This document shows positions 1-12,798 of a DNA stretch of 64,000 nucleotides, piece by piece; the stretch's first letter is position 1; the number at the start of each line of letters is the position of its first letter. Both the position numbers and the translations under genes were made by a program. The notes beneath the pieces are model-generated. The model was not told the origin of the DNA, made no database searches, and saw nothing but the letters and a program-made list of their open reading frames with translations. Source of the DNA: Trichodelitschia bisporula (lineage: Eukaryota); NCBI GenBank assembly GCA_010356995.1, contig ML996703.1, positions 496,001 to 560,000 on the forward strand, written 5' to 3'.

Positions 1-209
1 GAGCTGGACGCGCCAGACCTCACGCTTGTTCCGGAGACCGTACTCGCCGACAGTCTTCAACTCGCCGTCCCTATATTTCCATCAATCCATGATCAAACGA
101 CTTGAGCAGAGCAAGCTCCGTCTCAGTGGCCGAATGAAACGTACAGGCGAGCGGACTCGAAAGGCCGACGAGGGACCTTGTAGGTCTTGGAGTAGCTGCG
201 CGGCGCCAT
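1..209 (-). CDS. RPS9: 40S ribosomal protein S9 (uS4), 5' part; 3' end lies outside the window
   Basis: Exon 209-145 MAPRSYSKTYKVPRRPFESARL; GTACGT..TAG intron 144-71; exon 70-1 DGELKTVGEYGLRNKREVWRVQL. Typical uS4 N-terminus, missed by the ORF track. Confidence 0.96.
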
Positions 210-521
210 TTTGTCGAGAACCTACAACGTCGATGAAAGTTGGAGGTCGGGGTTGGCGATGTCGAGGCGAAGTGTTTGGCTTTTCGCGGAGGGAATGGTT
301 GTGGGCCAAGCCGGGCGCTTGGGCCATGCAGCGCCTCGCTTGCGTGTGGGGCCGAAGTTTTTCCGGCACACCAAACACCGATTCCAACATCCACCAAAAT
401 CCCGAGTTGTGAACAAGACACCCACTACTAACCCGCTGAGCAGCTGAACTCTGTAAGTTTTTCTCTGTATACGTACTGTCTAAGAAGTTAATAATTATCG
501 CAAGTCTCGCAACTTCTCACA
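210..521. promoter_or_regulatory. Bidirectional promoter region of RPS9/RPL21
   Basis: 312 bp between two divergent ribosomal protein ATGs; possible RPL21 5'UTR intron starting at GTAAGT near 453. Confidence 0.7.
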
Positions 522-1098
522 ATGGGTCACTCTGGAGGGTATATTCGACCACGCATTTGAAGCCATCAAAATACTGACTACAACAGTCTTCGGTCCGGTA
601 CCCGCTATGCCTTCTCTCGGGACTTCAAGAAGCGCGGTGCGATCGCCACGTCCATCTACCTGAGGCAGTACCGGTACGATTTGCGCTCCCCTCCATCAAA
701 CAGCCGCTCACAATGCTAGGGTCGGCGACATCGTTGACGTCGTCTGCAATGGTGCGGTACAGAAGGGTATGCCGTACAAAGTCTACCACGGCAAGACCGG
801 CGTTGTCTACAACGTCACCCAGAACGCCGTTGGTGTGATCCTCTACAAGCAGGTCGGCAACCGGTACCTCGAGAAGCGCGTCAACGTCCGCATCGAGCAC
901 GTCAAGCACTCCCGCTCTCGCGATGAATTCCTCGTCCGTGTCAAGGAGAACGCTGAGAAGCAGCGCAAGGCCAAGGCCGAGGGCACCACCGTTCACCTCA
1001 AGCGCCAGCCCGTCATGCCGCGTGAGGCCCGCACAGTCAGCCTGAAGACAAACTGGCCGGAGACCATCACAGCCGTGCCGTACGAGACGACTATTTAA
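522..1098 (+). CDS. RPL21: 60S ribosomal protein L21 (eL21), 2 introns
   Basis: Spliced [58 protein letters not shown]. Confidence 0.97.
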
Positions 1099-1570
1099 GG
1101 GCATATGGGTCGGGCGTTTTGTTTTCTCTACTGGCTTTGAGACTCCGCTACGTGTTTCATCGGCCGGGGGATTCATGAAGGAGTGAAAAGCACGTAGAGG
1201 AAGATTCAGCAGGTTTTCTCCTGGGCTATCAGGGATGCGGAATACCAGTCTGCATGTTCCTCCATGCCTTTTGTTGCCCATGATGCCGCGTACAGTGAAC
1301 CGACCTATCTTGATTTACTTTGGGGATCGGTGCTGCACAAAGGACACTAAATTCGACAGGCGAGAAATTATTCCCAAGCCTTAGGTCACGCCTCCTTGCG
1401 GTAAAAGCAGAAAGACAATATTCCCCCAAAGGAGGAACTCCCGAACCCCGTCGCTCCGATCCACATGAAGATTTCCAAGCCAGGAAATAAACAGATGGCC
1501 CGATCCGAACGCCAATGCAAACAACCCTTAAAGCAGATAACCAAGCAGATTCACCGCTGCCTAGATCATC

Positions 1571-2545
1571 TTACATGATAGCGCATCCACGAGCATTGTC
1601 GTTGGGATCCTTGACAGTCAGGGCAACCCGCGCGGCCTCTGTGAATGCCTCGTTGACGCCACGATTCTTCATCGCAGAACATTCTATATCTCGTAAGCAC
1701 TGGGTCACCGCACAGTAGTCACAACCTACCGAGGTAACGGAGCGCCTTGATCTTCTGAGCCACCTGCAGACCTTGCTTGTACTCTATCATGGGCCGCTTG
1801 GGTTCCGTCGATTCTTCCTGGTCATGGTCCTCGCTCGGCTCGCCCCGGAGATCGCATTTCAGCGCAACCAGAACCAGCTTAACGCCAGGACAGTTCTCAT
1901 CGATCTCGCTCTTCCATTTCGTTTCAATGTTTTCCAACGAATCGGGGGAATCCACCTGCCAGCGTATCAGCACGGCCACTGGTATTCAACAATACATACG
2001 CTGAAGCAGAGCATGATCGCATGCGTGTTGTCGTACGACAGCGAACGCAGGCGGTCGAATTCCTCCTGGCCCGCAGTATCCCACAGACTCAGCTCGACAT
2101 GCGTGTCGTCGATAAAGATGTCTGGTATCGGTCAGATGCTGAGAGCAATGATGGTATAGGGCCGTAAATTATACCGTGAACGTAATTCTCTGTAGTGGAC
2201 TGATTAACAAACGGAATGCATACAAAAGCGTAGAGTGCTTACCAAAGACTGTAGGCTCGCTGAAAAGCGGGTTGTCAGTAACACGAAGGCCACATCGCGC
2301 TGGACACTGCTTACTAGACTTGAGGGAAGTAGCTTGGTAACAATTAGCAACAACGATATGCAAAGGGGTGCAGGCGTACCCTCTAGTGAAGACGTTCAGG
2401 AGCGAAGTCTTGCCGCAGGCGCCATCACCGCTGCATGAGTGTTAGCCCATAGAGGCTCCATCAGAGATGCAAACACCGCCGCGCGATTGACGTACAGAAG
2501 GACCAGTTTGCGCTGCACAGTCTTCGATCCCCGAAAGCAATTCAT
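1571..2545 (-). CDS. RHO3: Rho3 small GTPase, multi-exon
   Basis: Spliced [77 protein letters not shown] (CAAX box); N-terminal Cys typical of Rho3. Confidence 0.95.
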
Positions 2546-3381
2546 GATTCCTGTTGGTGACGTGAATGGTGTAGGGATGGCGAAAACTGAAAGGGTTGTA
2601 CAGAGAGGAAGGACAGGCGTAGCGTTGTTCGCTATAGCTGGAAGTGTGATATCGCCGAGTCTCAGCCGTCATGAAGGTATGAATGGATGCGACGAAACCA
2701 AGACTACAGCAATTTGGTGATCGCCGCGGTGATGATTGCCGTGGTGAATGCTAGCGGATGATAAGAGCGTCGCAACTCGCAAAGGCCGTGAGGTTGTGCA
2801 TATTCCGTCCGAAGTGTAATCCTAAGTTGCCAAGTAAAGGTTAGGTCGAGCACGTCCGTGCTGGCTGGTTTTCTCCACTTCTAAGCACCGGCCACCGGCA
2901 GACCGGGCGCCCCAGACTGAGTTTGTGGCGCATCTAGTGGAGGAAGCTTCAATCAGGCCAATAAGGCAGCTCGTCAACGCGTCATGGCCGCTATTAACTC
3001 TTTCCATTTGCGGCAGGCCGTAGGATAGGCAAGAATCCAAATAGAGTGAACTGGATGCGCAATGCTTCTGCTTCCTTCCGTATCCCTTTACGATGTTAAT
3101 TCAAGAGACAAATTGTGCTGAGCCGGGTTGTTATCATGTCGGCATTGGCCATGAAGACCATCCTGTCACGTGAACACCTGCTTCCCTGCCACACCTGCGT
3201 ATCGATAACGCCGCTACCGTAGTACTGCGCACGCCAAACGACCATCACCAGGCTAGAGCTTCCCCATGCTTCCCCGCAACTTCCAGATTCTTGAGCCAAA
3301 CACCCCGCTTCCGTCAAAACCCCTCTCTGCCTCCAAAAACTGCCGATCCAGCTTCCACAGCTTTCAGTGTGTCCCACGGCC

Positions 3382-5127
3382 ATGTCTGACGACGACGACT
3401 TCATGCAGGACTCCGAGCAGGAGGAGTAAGTGTGCTCCGTCCGGAATGCACCTCCGCTTACACCTCTACAGCTACGACTTCGAGTATGAGGACGAAGACG
3501 ACGAGCAGACGGGTGATGTCGACATCGAGAACAAGTACTACAATGCAAAGCAGATCAAGGCGGACAGTCCGGAAGAGGCAATTCTAGAGTTCCTAGGCGT
3601 TCGTGAAAAGGAACCCGAGAAGGGAGATTGGTATGCTACCTGAGCAACCGCTCTTACAAACGGCACTGACCACTCTCTTAAATAGGGGCTTCAAAGGACT
3701 GAAGCAAGCCATCAAGCTGGAGTTCAAGCTCAAGCGCTACCACGATGTACGCCCCATACCACATTCTGTTAGCTGCACTAAACGATAACAGGCAGTCAAG
3801 CACTACCGGGAGCTCTTGAGCTATGTCAAGTCGGCCGTTACACGCAATTACTCCGAAAAGTCCATCAACAATATGCTAGACTTCATTGAGAAGACTGCGG
3901 AGGACGACAGCGCCTACCAGGCCATCGAGCAGTTCTACTCCCTCACCCTAGAGTCCTTCCAGAGCACAAACAACGAGCGGCTTTGGCTCAAGACGCTCAT
4001 TAAGTTAGCCCGGCTTTATTTCACCAAAAAGGCTTACCGCGAGCTGGTCGGCATGCTGCGTGAATTGCACACGGCTTGCCAGAAAGAGGATGGCACGGAC
4101 GATCCTAGCAAAGGGACTTTGTCGTTGGAGGTATATGCGCTCGAAATCCAAATGTACGCTGAGACACGCAACAACAAACGGCTCAAGGTAGGATACCTCG
4201 GTGTACAATGGCGTTACCTGTGCTAACGGTCGGCCTATAGGCTCTGTATGAGCGTGCCCTCCGAGTCAAGTCGGCTGTGCCACACCCAAAGATCATGGGA
4301 ATAATTCGGGAATGTGGCGGCAAAATGCACATGAGCGAGGGTGAGATCTTTATTGCTGAGCGATTCTTGTATGCTGATGCCACCTAGAGAACTGGAAGGA
4401 GGCGCGAAGTGACTTCTTCGAGAGCTTCCGAAACTACGATGAAGCTGGTTCACTACAGCGGATCCAAGCGCTTAAGTACTTGGTGCTCACGACCATGCTC
4501 ATGGGCTCCGACATAAATCCGTTCGACTCCCAGGAAACAAAGCCCTACAAAAATCATCCCGACATTGCGGCGATGACAAATCTGGTGGACGCGTACCAGC
4601 GGGACGACATTCACGCCTACGAGAAGATCCTGCAGTCAAACAAGGACCTCCTTGCAGACCCGTTCATCGCCGAAAACATCGATGAAGTCACGCGTAATAT
4701 GCGGACCAAGGCAGTGCTCAAGCTGGTCGCGCCCTACACACGTTTCACAGTGTCCTTCATTTCGAAGCAGCTCAAGATCTCGCTTCACGAGGTACAAGAT
4801 ATTCTTGGCTTCTTGATCGCGGACAGAAAATTGGACGCAAAGATCAACCAGCGGGACGGAACGGTAGAGGTAGACGACCAAGGGGACCTGAGTCGAGTTC
4901 ATGCCCTCCAGAATTGGTCAAAAGCCATTAGTTCGCTTTGGACGACGGTGCTCACCGATGGCGAGGGCTTCAGATCGGACGAGGGGCCGGGCTTACTGGG
5001 TGCCGGACAAGGAGTCTTCGTTACACCGCCGGGCGGTAAGGCCTTCAACGGGGCTAGCTCGAAGGTCATGAAGGACGGTAAGGGCAAGGGATTCTCGGGA
5101 AAGCAGCCGGGGGGCGGATTAAGGTGA
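3382..5127 (+). CDS. CSN2: COP9 signalosome subunit 2 (PCI domain)
   Basis: [61 protein letters not shown]; several canonical introns. Confidence 0.95.
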
Positions 5128-7577
5128 ATGACTTGCAGCGGCCGGCTGCAAGTGCCCAACAAAACGCAACCACTCGGAGATCATAGAGCGGGGCGGGTAG
5201 GGATGGGGTGGTGAAGAGTGTGGAGATGGGCTTCCTTTTTTTACTTGAGGGAGAACCGTCTCAGGTGCGATCTGGGTCTCACGGTTACAGCGCCCTCGCG
5301 GTAGCTAATTCCACTCGAATAGTTGAGACCTGCCGTCTTATGGCACAAAACCAGGCAATATTACCTCCATTTGGTGGAACCTGCTGGCGTCTTTGCTAAC
5401 CTTTTGCCTCACTGCTTTGGTATTCATGTTGTCCTAGCGCGGGTGGCCGCGGCACACCCACCGTCGTTGTCGTCGCCGAGGGACCACGACAACAGGGTGA
5501 AAGCATACGACCGAAGAAGGACGGCGTTACCGTGGGCTAGCATACTACGTACAGACTTAGGAGCGCATATGCCGGGCGGAGCGGGACGGCACATCAACGA
5601 CTGGGGGTTTTGATTGCAAGCTACGTGGATGGGCGAAGGAAGCTGGGGAAGCGGGAGGGCGGGAGCGGGAAGGAGCTGGGGTGGGGTGGGGGGGGGAGGG
5701 ATACGGTAGAAGCTGGGATGAGTAGCGGTGGATGGGCAAGTTGGATGGTGGTGGTGAGGAGGAGCAAAGAAGGTGAGAGGGTGGTTCATTGCTTGTCGAG
5801 GCAATTCGATGGCTGGCGTCGTCTCAATCTTCATGCTCCCACCCTTCCACACCTCTCTAGCTTGGCGCATGGATTTCGTACGATGCCGGCGTAATCAGCG
5901 AATCAAGGTGACGACGAGCATGCGAAATGTACGACGAAGAGAGACCCGGCTACTTGGACCGCGCCAGACTGGGGTTGCTTCCTTTTTCTATTTGTCCGGG
6001 GTTTGTGTGCTCCAATTCCATTCGCATCTCATCCTCATCCATCAATGTCGACCAAAAGGCGCCTTCTTCCTTGGACTGGCAAAAGCCAACCTACCCCTAC
6101 CGTCCGTGAAGACGTTCATGCCTGGTACATTCGGAATACGCATTCTTTACGTCCAAGCTTGGAGTACGAAAGGCGTTCTCTTGCTGGAGACAAGAAGGCC
6201 AGAGAGCGGTGGGTTGCTCGTACGGCGTGCCCATCCCCTCTTGTACGCCATCAGTTCGTTCAACCCCAACTACTCTGGCAGTCACTTGATGTGCATGAGG
6301 CGTTTGCTAGGGTGCGCAGGCCGGGACTGGAATAAACTGGGACTTTGATGCTCCGAAAGCACTCTTGCACGCAAGTCCCTCTTGGGTCGGGTAGTAGCTC
6401 GTCGTCGGTCATCGTGCACCTCCCTACCCCCCCCCCCTCCTTCGACTTGCCCATCGGTGCAACGGAAGGTTCTCATCGTTTCATAACGTCGGCGAAGGTG
6501 TTGCAAGAGCTTGTGCCTGGCGGCTGGGAATCGATAAGGGAAGCTCCCCGAGCGCGGCAGATCGAGCCGGGTCTGTGACTTCGTCGCCCAGATATATTGC
6601 CCGCAAGAGCCTTGAATCCGTCGCACAAAGCCAGAGTTGCGGAGTCTGCGCATACTAAAGTCGACCAGCACTGCCAGCAACAGCTTGAATGGATGCTTGT
6701 GCGTGACCCAAACTTCCGCTGCGTTGTTCAAACTTGTTGCTGCTGTGTTCGTGTCGCTGGTCTGCGCCAGATTTCCGTGGCCTCAGCCGCCTGGCTTCTT
6801 GGTTCCTCAACATTTGGCCCGAAGGAGAGTAGGACGTGTGGGAACGTTGTCGTCCACTTTTTGCCTCGCTCTGCTTTGGCCTGGGGTTTTTTCTGCTCTC
6901 TCTGCTTTCGTTGCTAGTCATTGCTGGTTTCTGCTATTGTTGCGCTGTCGGTACTGTCCGCTGGAGCTTTGCTGGTTGCTGGGTCGTGGTGTGTCGTCGG
7001 GACTCCCATTCTCACATCTCGATATCTCGACCTTTTTTCTATCTCCCCCCCCCCTCTCTCTCTCAATCGTTTTCTCGGCTCCTTCTGATCATATCCGGCA
7101 CCTCATCTTCGGCGATCGATAAAAGACTGGTTGTGTGCGAGGTTGAGGGCGAGTGCGCTTTTTTTTCGGTGTACCCTCTCGCTGTCCTTTGACAAAGAGA
7201 AGTCGAAGAGCCTCCACGCCCCATCCACTGTCCACATCGATCCAACGCCTTGCTGCGGTGAGAAGCCTCTTTCCGAGCCGTGCTCCCTTCCCCCTCCTCT
7301 CCACGTCCATTCCCATCCTCATCCTCGATCCTCATTTCTCTCCTCTCATCGCCCTTCTCTTCTCACTCCTCATCGTCCCTCCATCGCCTTTCCCCACGTC
7401 ACTTCCCCGTCTCCGATCGGCACCCTTTCCGGCAGCATTCCCATCCTGCTGCGTCTACTGTACTCCAAGCCGAGGAGCATCCTTTTTGATCGGAGAATAA
7501 ATCTCTAATTGAACAGACGGAGAAAAGGGAGGAAAAGAGAAAAATAATTCCCGATGCTTCATCGGCAAGGCCAAACA

Positions 7578-9738
7578 ATGTTCGCGGCACCCCTTCCTCA
7601 CTACGGCAGCGGGCTCTTCGGCGACAGCAGTGTCAGCGGACTCTCAACCCTTGCCTCCGTGGCCTCGCCCGCATCAGCAGCAGCGGCGCATGCTCAAGCA
7701 CAAGCACAAGCGCAAGCAGCAGCTTCGGCCGCCGCCTTTAGCACGCTCCACGGCCAAGGTCTGCCGCTGCCCTTTCGCCCTCCACCACCCCCCCCTCCGA
7801 CCTCAGCGGATCTTTCCGCTGCTGCCGCTTTTACTAGTCCACATCAGCACTCCCAGCATTCCCAGCACTCTCAGCACTCGCATCAACACCACCATCATCA
7901 CCACTCTTCATCTGCTGCCGCTCTTAACATGGAGGCTTTCGCACAGCAACCCGACGATGAGCTTGCTCAATTGCAGGAACTGTCCAACAAATGGGAGTCT
8001 GATGCTTCGGTGAGTTCGCTTGCTTTCCCCGCCTTCCCACCCATCCACCCACCCCCCACCCTCCCTCCCCGAACCGGCCTGGTACATCTTGCTAACCGCA
8101 CCGCTCTCTCTTCTTCTTCTAGGGCCCACTCGTCAGCGAACGTGTCTCAAGCTCTGCCATCACCACCGAATACGCCAACGCCGACCCTGTTTACCAGGCC
8201 AAGACAGCTGTAGGTCGTCCGACGGATGCTTCCCGCTAGCTGTCCCCTGCGTGCTGACCGTTTTCAGACTCTCCCGCAGAAGTATGCTCAGTACCGCACA
8301 TGCAGAGGCGACGGTCACTGCGGCTGGCGAGGTGCGTATTCCAACGCTTCACTGTCCCATATCATGATTTCACATGCTGATGACAGTCTGTAGCCGTTGC
8401 TTTCAGCTACTTCGAGACCCTTCAGCGGATGGGCAACCCTCACAAGTTCCTCGAGGAAGAGACAAGGCTCAAGTCCCTGCGCAACATTTTAAACGATGCC
8501 GGCTTTCAAGAGCATCTCTATGAGGATTTTGCGGAAGATATGTTTGACTTGCTCCGCGAGACGGCGGCTGCGAATGATGGTGGGGCATCTCTGCTGCAGA
8601 CTTTCAACGATCCGCACCGGTCCATGAGCGTCATCACCTATCTCAAGGTAAGCTCGTACATTGAGTCTCCGTATGCGCACAGTTTGCTAATTCAATAGCT
8701 TTTAACGAGCGCTTGGATCCAAAAACATCCCGACCAGTTCCAGCCCTTCCTCCACCAGCCCGTTAAAGCATACTGCCAGTCGCACATTGAGCCGGCCATC
8801 TGCGAAATTGAACATGTGGGAATGGACGCCCTGGTCAATGTCCTGGTCAAACCAGCCGGCATTGCTGTCGAGATCCTCTACCTGGATCGGACACCCGGTA
8901 CCGAAGTCAACACGTACCGGTTTGACCCAGTGGACCACAACAATGCCGCCTTGCCCAATCCGCCAACCTTTCGGCTGCTGTACAGACCGTACGTATGATG
9001 TATGCTTCTAGAAAATGGATGTTGACTCTATTAGGGGCCATTATGACATCCTTTACAAACTCGAGGACCTGCCGTCCATTGTCCCGCCGCCGATCGCACA
9101 TCCTGCGGAGCAGCGCGTCTTCCTAAACCACCACCAGTCCACCCAGGCGCTACCGTCGAAGCTCCCGTTCGACACGAACAACTTTGAGATTCCAGGACTG
9201 TCCATATTCTCTGGCCCTGCTGTTTCTGGGCCCGGTGTTGCTTGGGCACCTTATCCGACGTACGACTTCTCCGCAAGCCCAATTTCACCGCAACCCATCG
9301 CGCAGCCCATCACACAGGCGATTCCACAGCCGCGTATTGAAGCCACGCCGGCCTATGCACCCATTGCTGCACCTCCGCCGCCGCCGGTTTCCATCCCCAC
9401 TGAGTACTACAGTACAACCATGCCTCTGGAGCCTCCGGTGACGTCTCTCCCATTGTATCAGCCGTCGCCCATTGATCGCGGAGGGCCTTTCAGGCCGTCA
9501 ATTTGGGAGTACGAATCCTACTCAATGCCGCAAGCACCCCATCCACCGTTGTGCCAAACTGCAATTTTCAGAAAGTTAGTTTTAATTCGACGTGGGACGC
9601 TGCCTGCTAACAAGCTCAAGCTCGCACTACAACACGGCGCACTTCAACAATCCAGACTTCGAACCCGAGCAATGGCAGCCGGACACGGAGTACAATCCGT
9701 CGGACCGATCTCGCAAGAAATCGTCCCATTCGCAATAA
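7578..9738 (+). CDS. Otubain-like deubiquitinase (peptidase C65, OTUB1 family); start uncertain (7554/7578/7929)
   Basis: Spliced YRTCRGDGHCGWRAVAFSYFE (catalytic Cys loop), EILYLDR, LLYRPGHYDILY (catalytic His); Pro-rich tail ending SHYNTAHFNNPDFEPEQW..SQ*. Confidence 0.88.
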
Positions 9739-10793
9739 CATTACCTTCAAGTCAGCCTACGGCATCCCCCATAAAATACCCTTTCGGCCGCAGCGGCAAC
9801 GCGGATCCTTACTGATCAGCGTCTTTTATGCTTCATTCCGGCGGTCCATGTCATCTTCTATCGATTATCCTAGCATAGCGACGGGAACGAATCTCTATGA
9901 CCCCTTACGACATCACGACACTCCCAACATACTTCCTACTCGCCCCCTCCCCACCCAAAGACGGCATTCTTATCCCCGGGTTTCGGATGAACATAACCTA
10001 TTTTCTTTCCCGGACTTCACCGGAAATCAAGATAGCGGACATACAGCCTAGGGTCGCCCCAAGTGCCAGCAAAGGTGCACGTAGAATCAAACATTTACAT
10101 CAGTATCGACGACCGTCACGACCTTTTCCCTCATTCATTGGTGGCGCCTAGATCTATCTAGTCCGCCGGGTGGCACACAAGCGTGAAGTTGGAGCATCTG
10201 ACCTGAATGGGATGCCGGTGCTGGAGAGTCGTCGACTCGTATCGGCCTATCCATCCGGTGTCCGATATCCCTCTGCAAAAGATGGCGCCAATCTCAGGGT
10301 CCCGGATGGTTTGGAGGACATAGTGGCATGGCATTTTTCTGGCGTCCCCTCGGGGATCAAAAATTGGGTTTTGGGAACAGTGGTACCGGTCCGTTTGAAA
10401 AAGATGAATGGACAGCAGCATTCTTACCCCTTTCGGCACACCCTCGATTCGCCTTCGTTGTTTGGTCGAGAGTTAGACAATCTGGACAGTATCAAAAGTG
10501 AGGTAATGGATGTAGCTTGTAACGAGTTTGGTTTCGGTACTGTCACTTCTGTTCTCTGGTGCTCGGTGTTCCTGATGTGTGGAACTTGAAGCGCCACTGA
10601 TATGAGTAGGCGGCGCCGTTAATGTCATACATTAGGACTATGGACTCATAGCTGCGTGGACTAGAACCGACTGCAGGCGAGGTACGTAACGACCGGGCTC
10701 AAACTCCTCGCCAAAACACACAAGCTGCAAGTTAATAAGGACGAGCCAGCAAACTTCACCGAAATCCGTCCAACACCCTGCACCCTACGGCCA

Positions 10794-11637
10794 TCAGACA
10801 TACTCCTTGTCAACGTGCCGCCTCCGCCCAAAGCGGAAGAAACCACGCCGCCGACGTGTTCCAACCGGCGGCGGGCTCGCAACCGCCGTGCGCTCCCGCC
10901 GGTGGCTCGACCGTCCACTGGCGCAGAAGGTAAATGTAGCGAGCAGGAAGCATGCGGCGGCCGCCCACGTAAAGCCATAAGCCGAGGTGCCCAGTTTGGC
11001 ATCTTCGCCTGCGCGACGAAGGTGGTAGCGCGCCTTGACGCTCCAGGCCCTGCTTTGTTAGGTCGGGTACGAAAAGATGGGGAGAGGGACGTACGTCATC
11101 AGCGCTGCGGCTAGGGTCTGGAAAAACAGCGCGACGAAGGTGTTGAACCCGGATAGCCAGGCGCCGACGCGGGTGCATAGGGCCAGCACGCTGGTTAGCA
11201 GGGCGCAGACGGCGAAGAAGAGCGCGATGATGAAGAAGGCGAAGGCGAAGCGACTGAGGTAGTAGTAGGTGTGCGTGCCGACGAAGGCATTGGGGACGCC
11301 GGTGTTGGTGCCAAAGTTAGTGTGGTGCGAAGGGTCGAAGGGCAGGGCGGGCACGGGCGCGCCGCAGTTTGTGTTGTGCCCCTTGCTGTCGACGCCGCAA
11401 ATTGCGAAAGAGGTCCAGCGCGAGGGGTTACGGGGCGCATTTGGGATGTTGTTGGTCGTCGATTCGAGGAACCAGATTTGGTTCTCGGGCGTGCTCAGCG
11501 TGGTTCCGGAGAGGATGATGAAGAATTGGAAGAGCATCCCCCCCGCGAGGAGGATGATGGACACGAAGGCGAGGAGCGGGTCTAGTGATTGGTGAGTATG
11601 CCTTTACGAAAGGTCAAGGGCAAGACTTACGGGCCAT
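10794..11637 (-). CDS. SUR7: SUR7/PalI family tetraspan membrane (eisosome/MCC) protein
   Basis: ATGGCCC|GTAAGT intron, then TM1; loop RWTSFAICG..NCGAPVPALPFDP; YYYLSRFAFAF; three more TM helices; second intron before AWSVKAR..DKEYV*. Confidence 0.88.
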
Positions 11638-12798
11638 GGCCGATTATCAGATGCGCGTTGCACCGCAGCGGATGGAAGAATTACGATTACCGCTCGCAGC
11701 GTCTGGGGAGCTTGGACGGAGAAATATGAGTTTCAGGTGTCACGAAGAGCGAAGGGAGAGAGCGGGGCAGGGCGCAACCCAAGTGTCTCATATATCCCAC
11801 TTCCTATGGCCCGACGGCCAGGTCTTCAAGTATCGATCGTCACTCCCTTGGGTGTACGTCATTGGCAGGTCGCGAAAAGCTTGGAAGCTTGGGCCTTTTC
11901 GCGCACGGCTGACGATCCTGGCGCGACGGGGGGAGCAAAACGTGCTGCGTGGCTAGTGGTGCGGATCGACGAGGGTGCAAGGGCTGGGCAACGCTCTGTG
12001 TGGCTGCGCCATCTGCCCGCGAACAGGTTTATTTGAAGAGACTGGGGTGACAGGTCGAAGGGAGCCATTCACACCTTCCGGAGAGTGTCACGGCGCTCGA
12101 ATGCCTCCGGGGGTGGGGGGAGTGGAACGTGGAGGGGCATTTCAGCCTCGGTGACTTGCGCATCTGAGGCTCACCGTAACGTGGTGGGGCAAGACCCTGC
12201 ATTCCAGCGCTAAAGGCAGGCGCGGGTGGCACATCATTGACCTTCCTCAAATCCAACATCTGTCGCAATCACATCTCTACTCTACTGTACCGCAGACATC
12301 TTATAACTTCAGAAAATAACTTTCCTATGCAAATAGTCTCGTCTGTAATCACCCTCAGCTGCGGGATTTGCTGTTCTTCGTGTTTCCCGTTATAGCGTGG
12401 GTGGTGGGGACGCTGGTTACTTGCCGATATGCGTATCTGATCCGGGGCGTGGTTTGGACGGTTGGGACGAGCAAGCTTGGGTCAGGAGTGCTTATGTGGG
12501 CGACTGTTCTGTTGTTGGTTCCGGCTTCCAGAGGATCACTGCTGCGGACGGCTGCTGCGCTTGCGATGTAAAACCCGAGGTGCTGGAGCTGACTTGACAT
12601 TTTAGTCGTTTCTGTCCGTTGGTCAAAAGTGAGTTTGGTACTCGTTGTCGACATGGTTATCTCATACAGATTTGGATGGACGGCATCATCTCTTCCACTG
12701 CATGTCAGGGAGAGGTATGACAACATTATAGGAGCATACCTTTCCCCATCGAGCTTAACATCCGTCGCCATCATCTCAACACCAATCCCACCTTATCC

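Noticed and set aside
5200..7500. Many 60-190 aa ORFs between CSN2 and otubain
   Set aside because: Low-complexity translations, mostly non-ATG starts, no codon bias or motifs.
10170..10589. 139-aa ORF between convergent otubain and SUR7
   Set aside because: GTG start and no recognisable features; likely 3'UTR.
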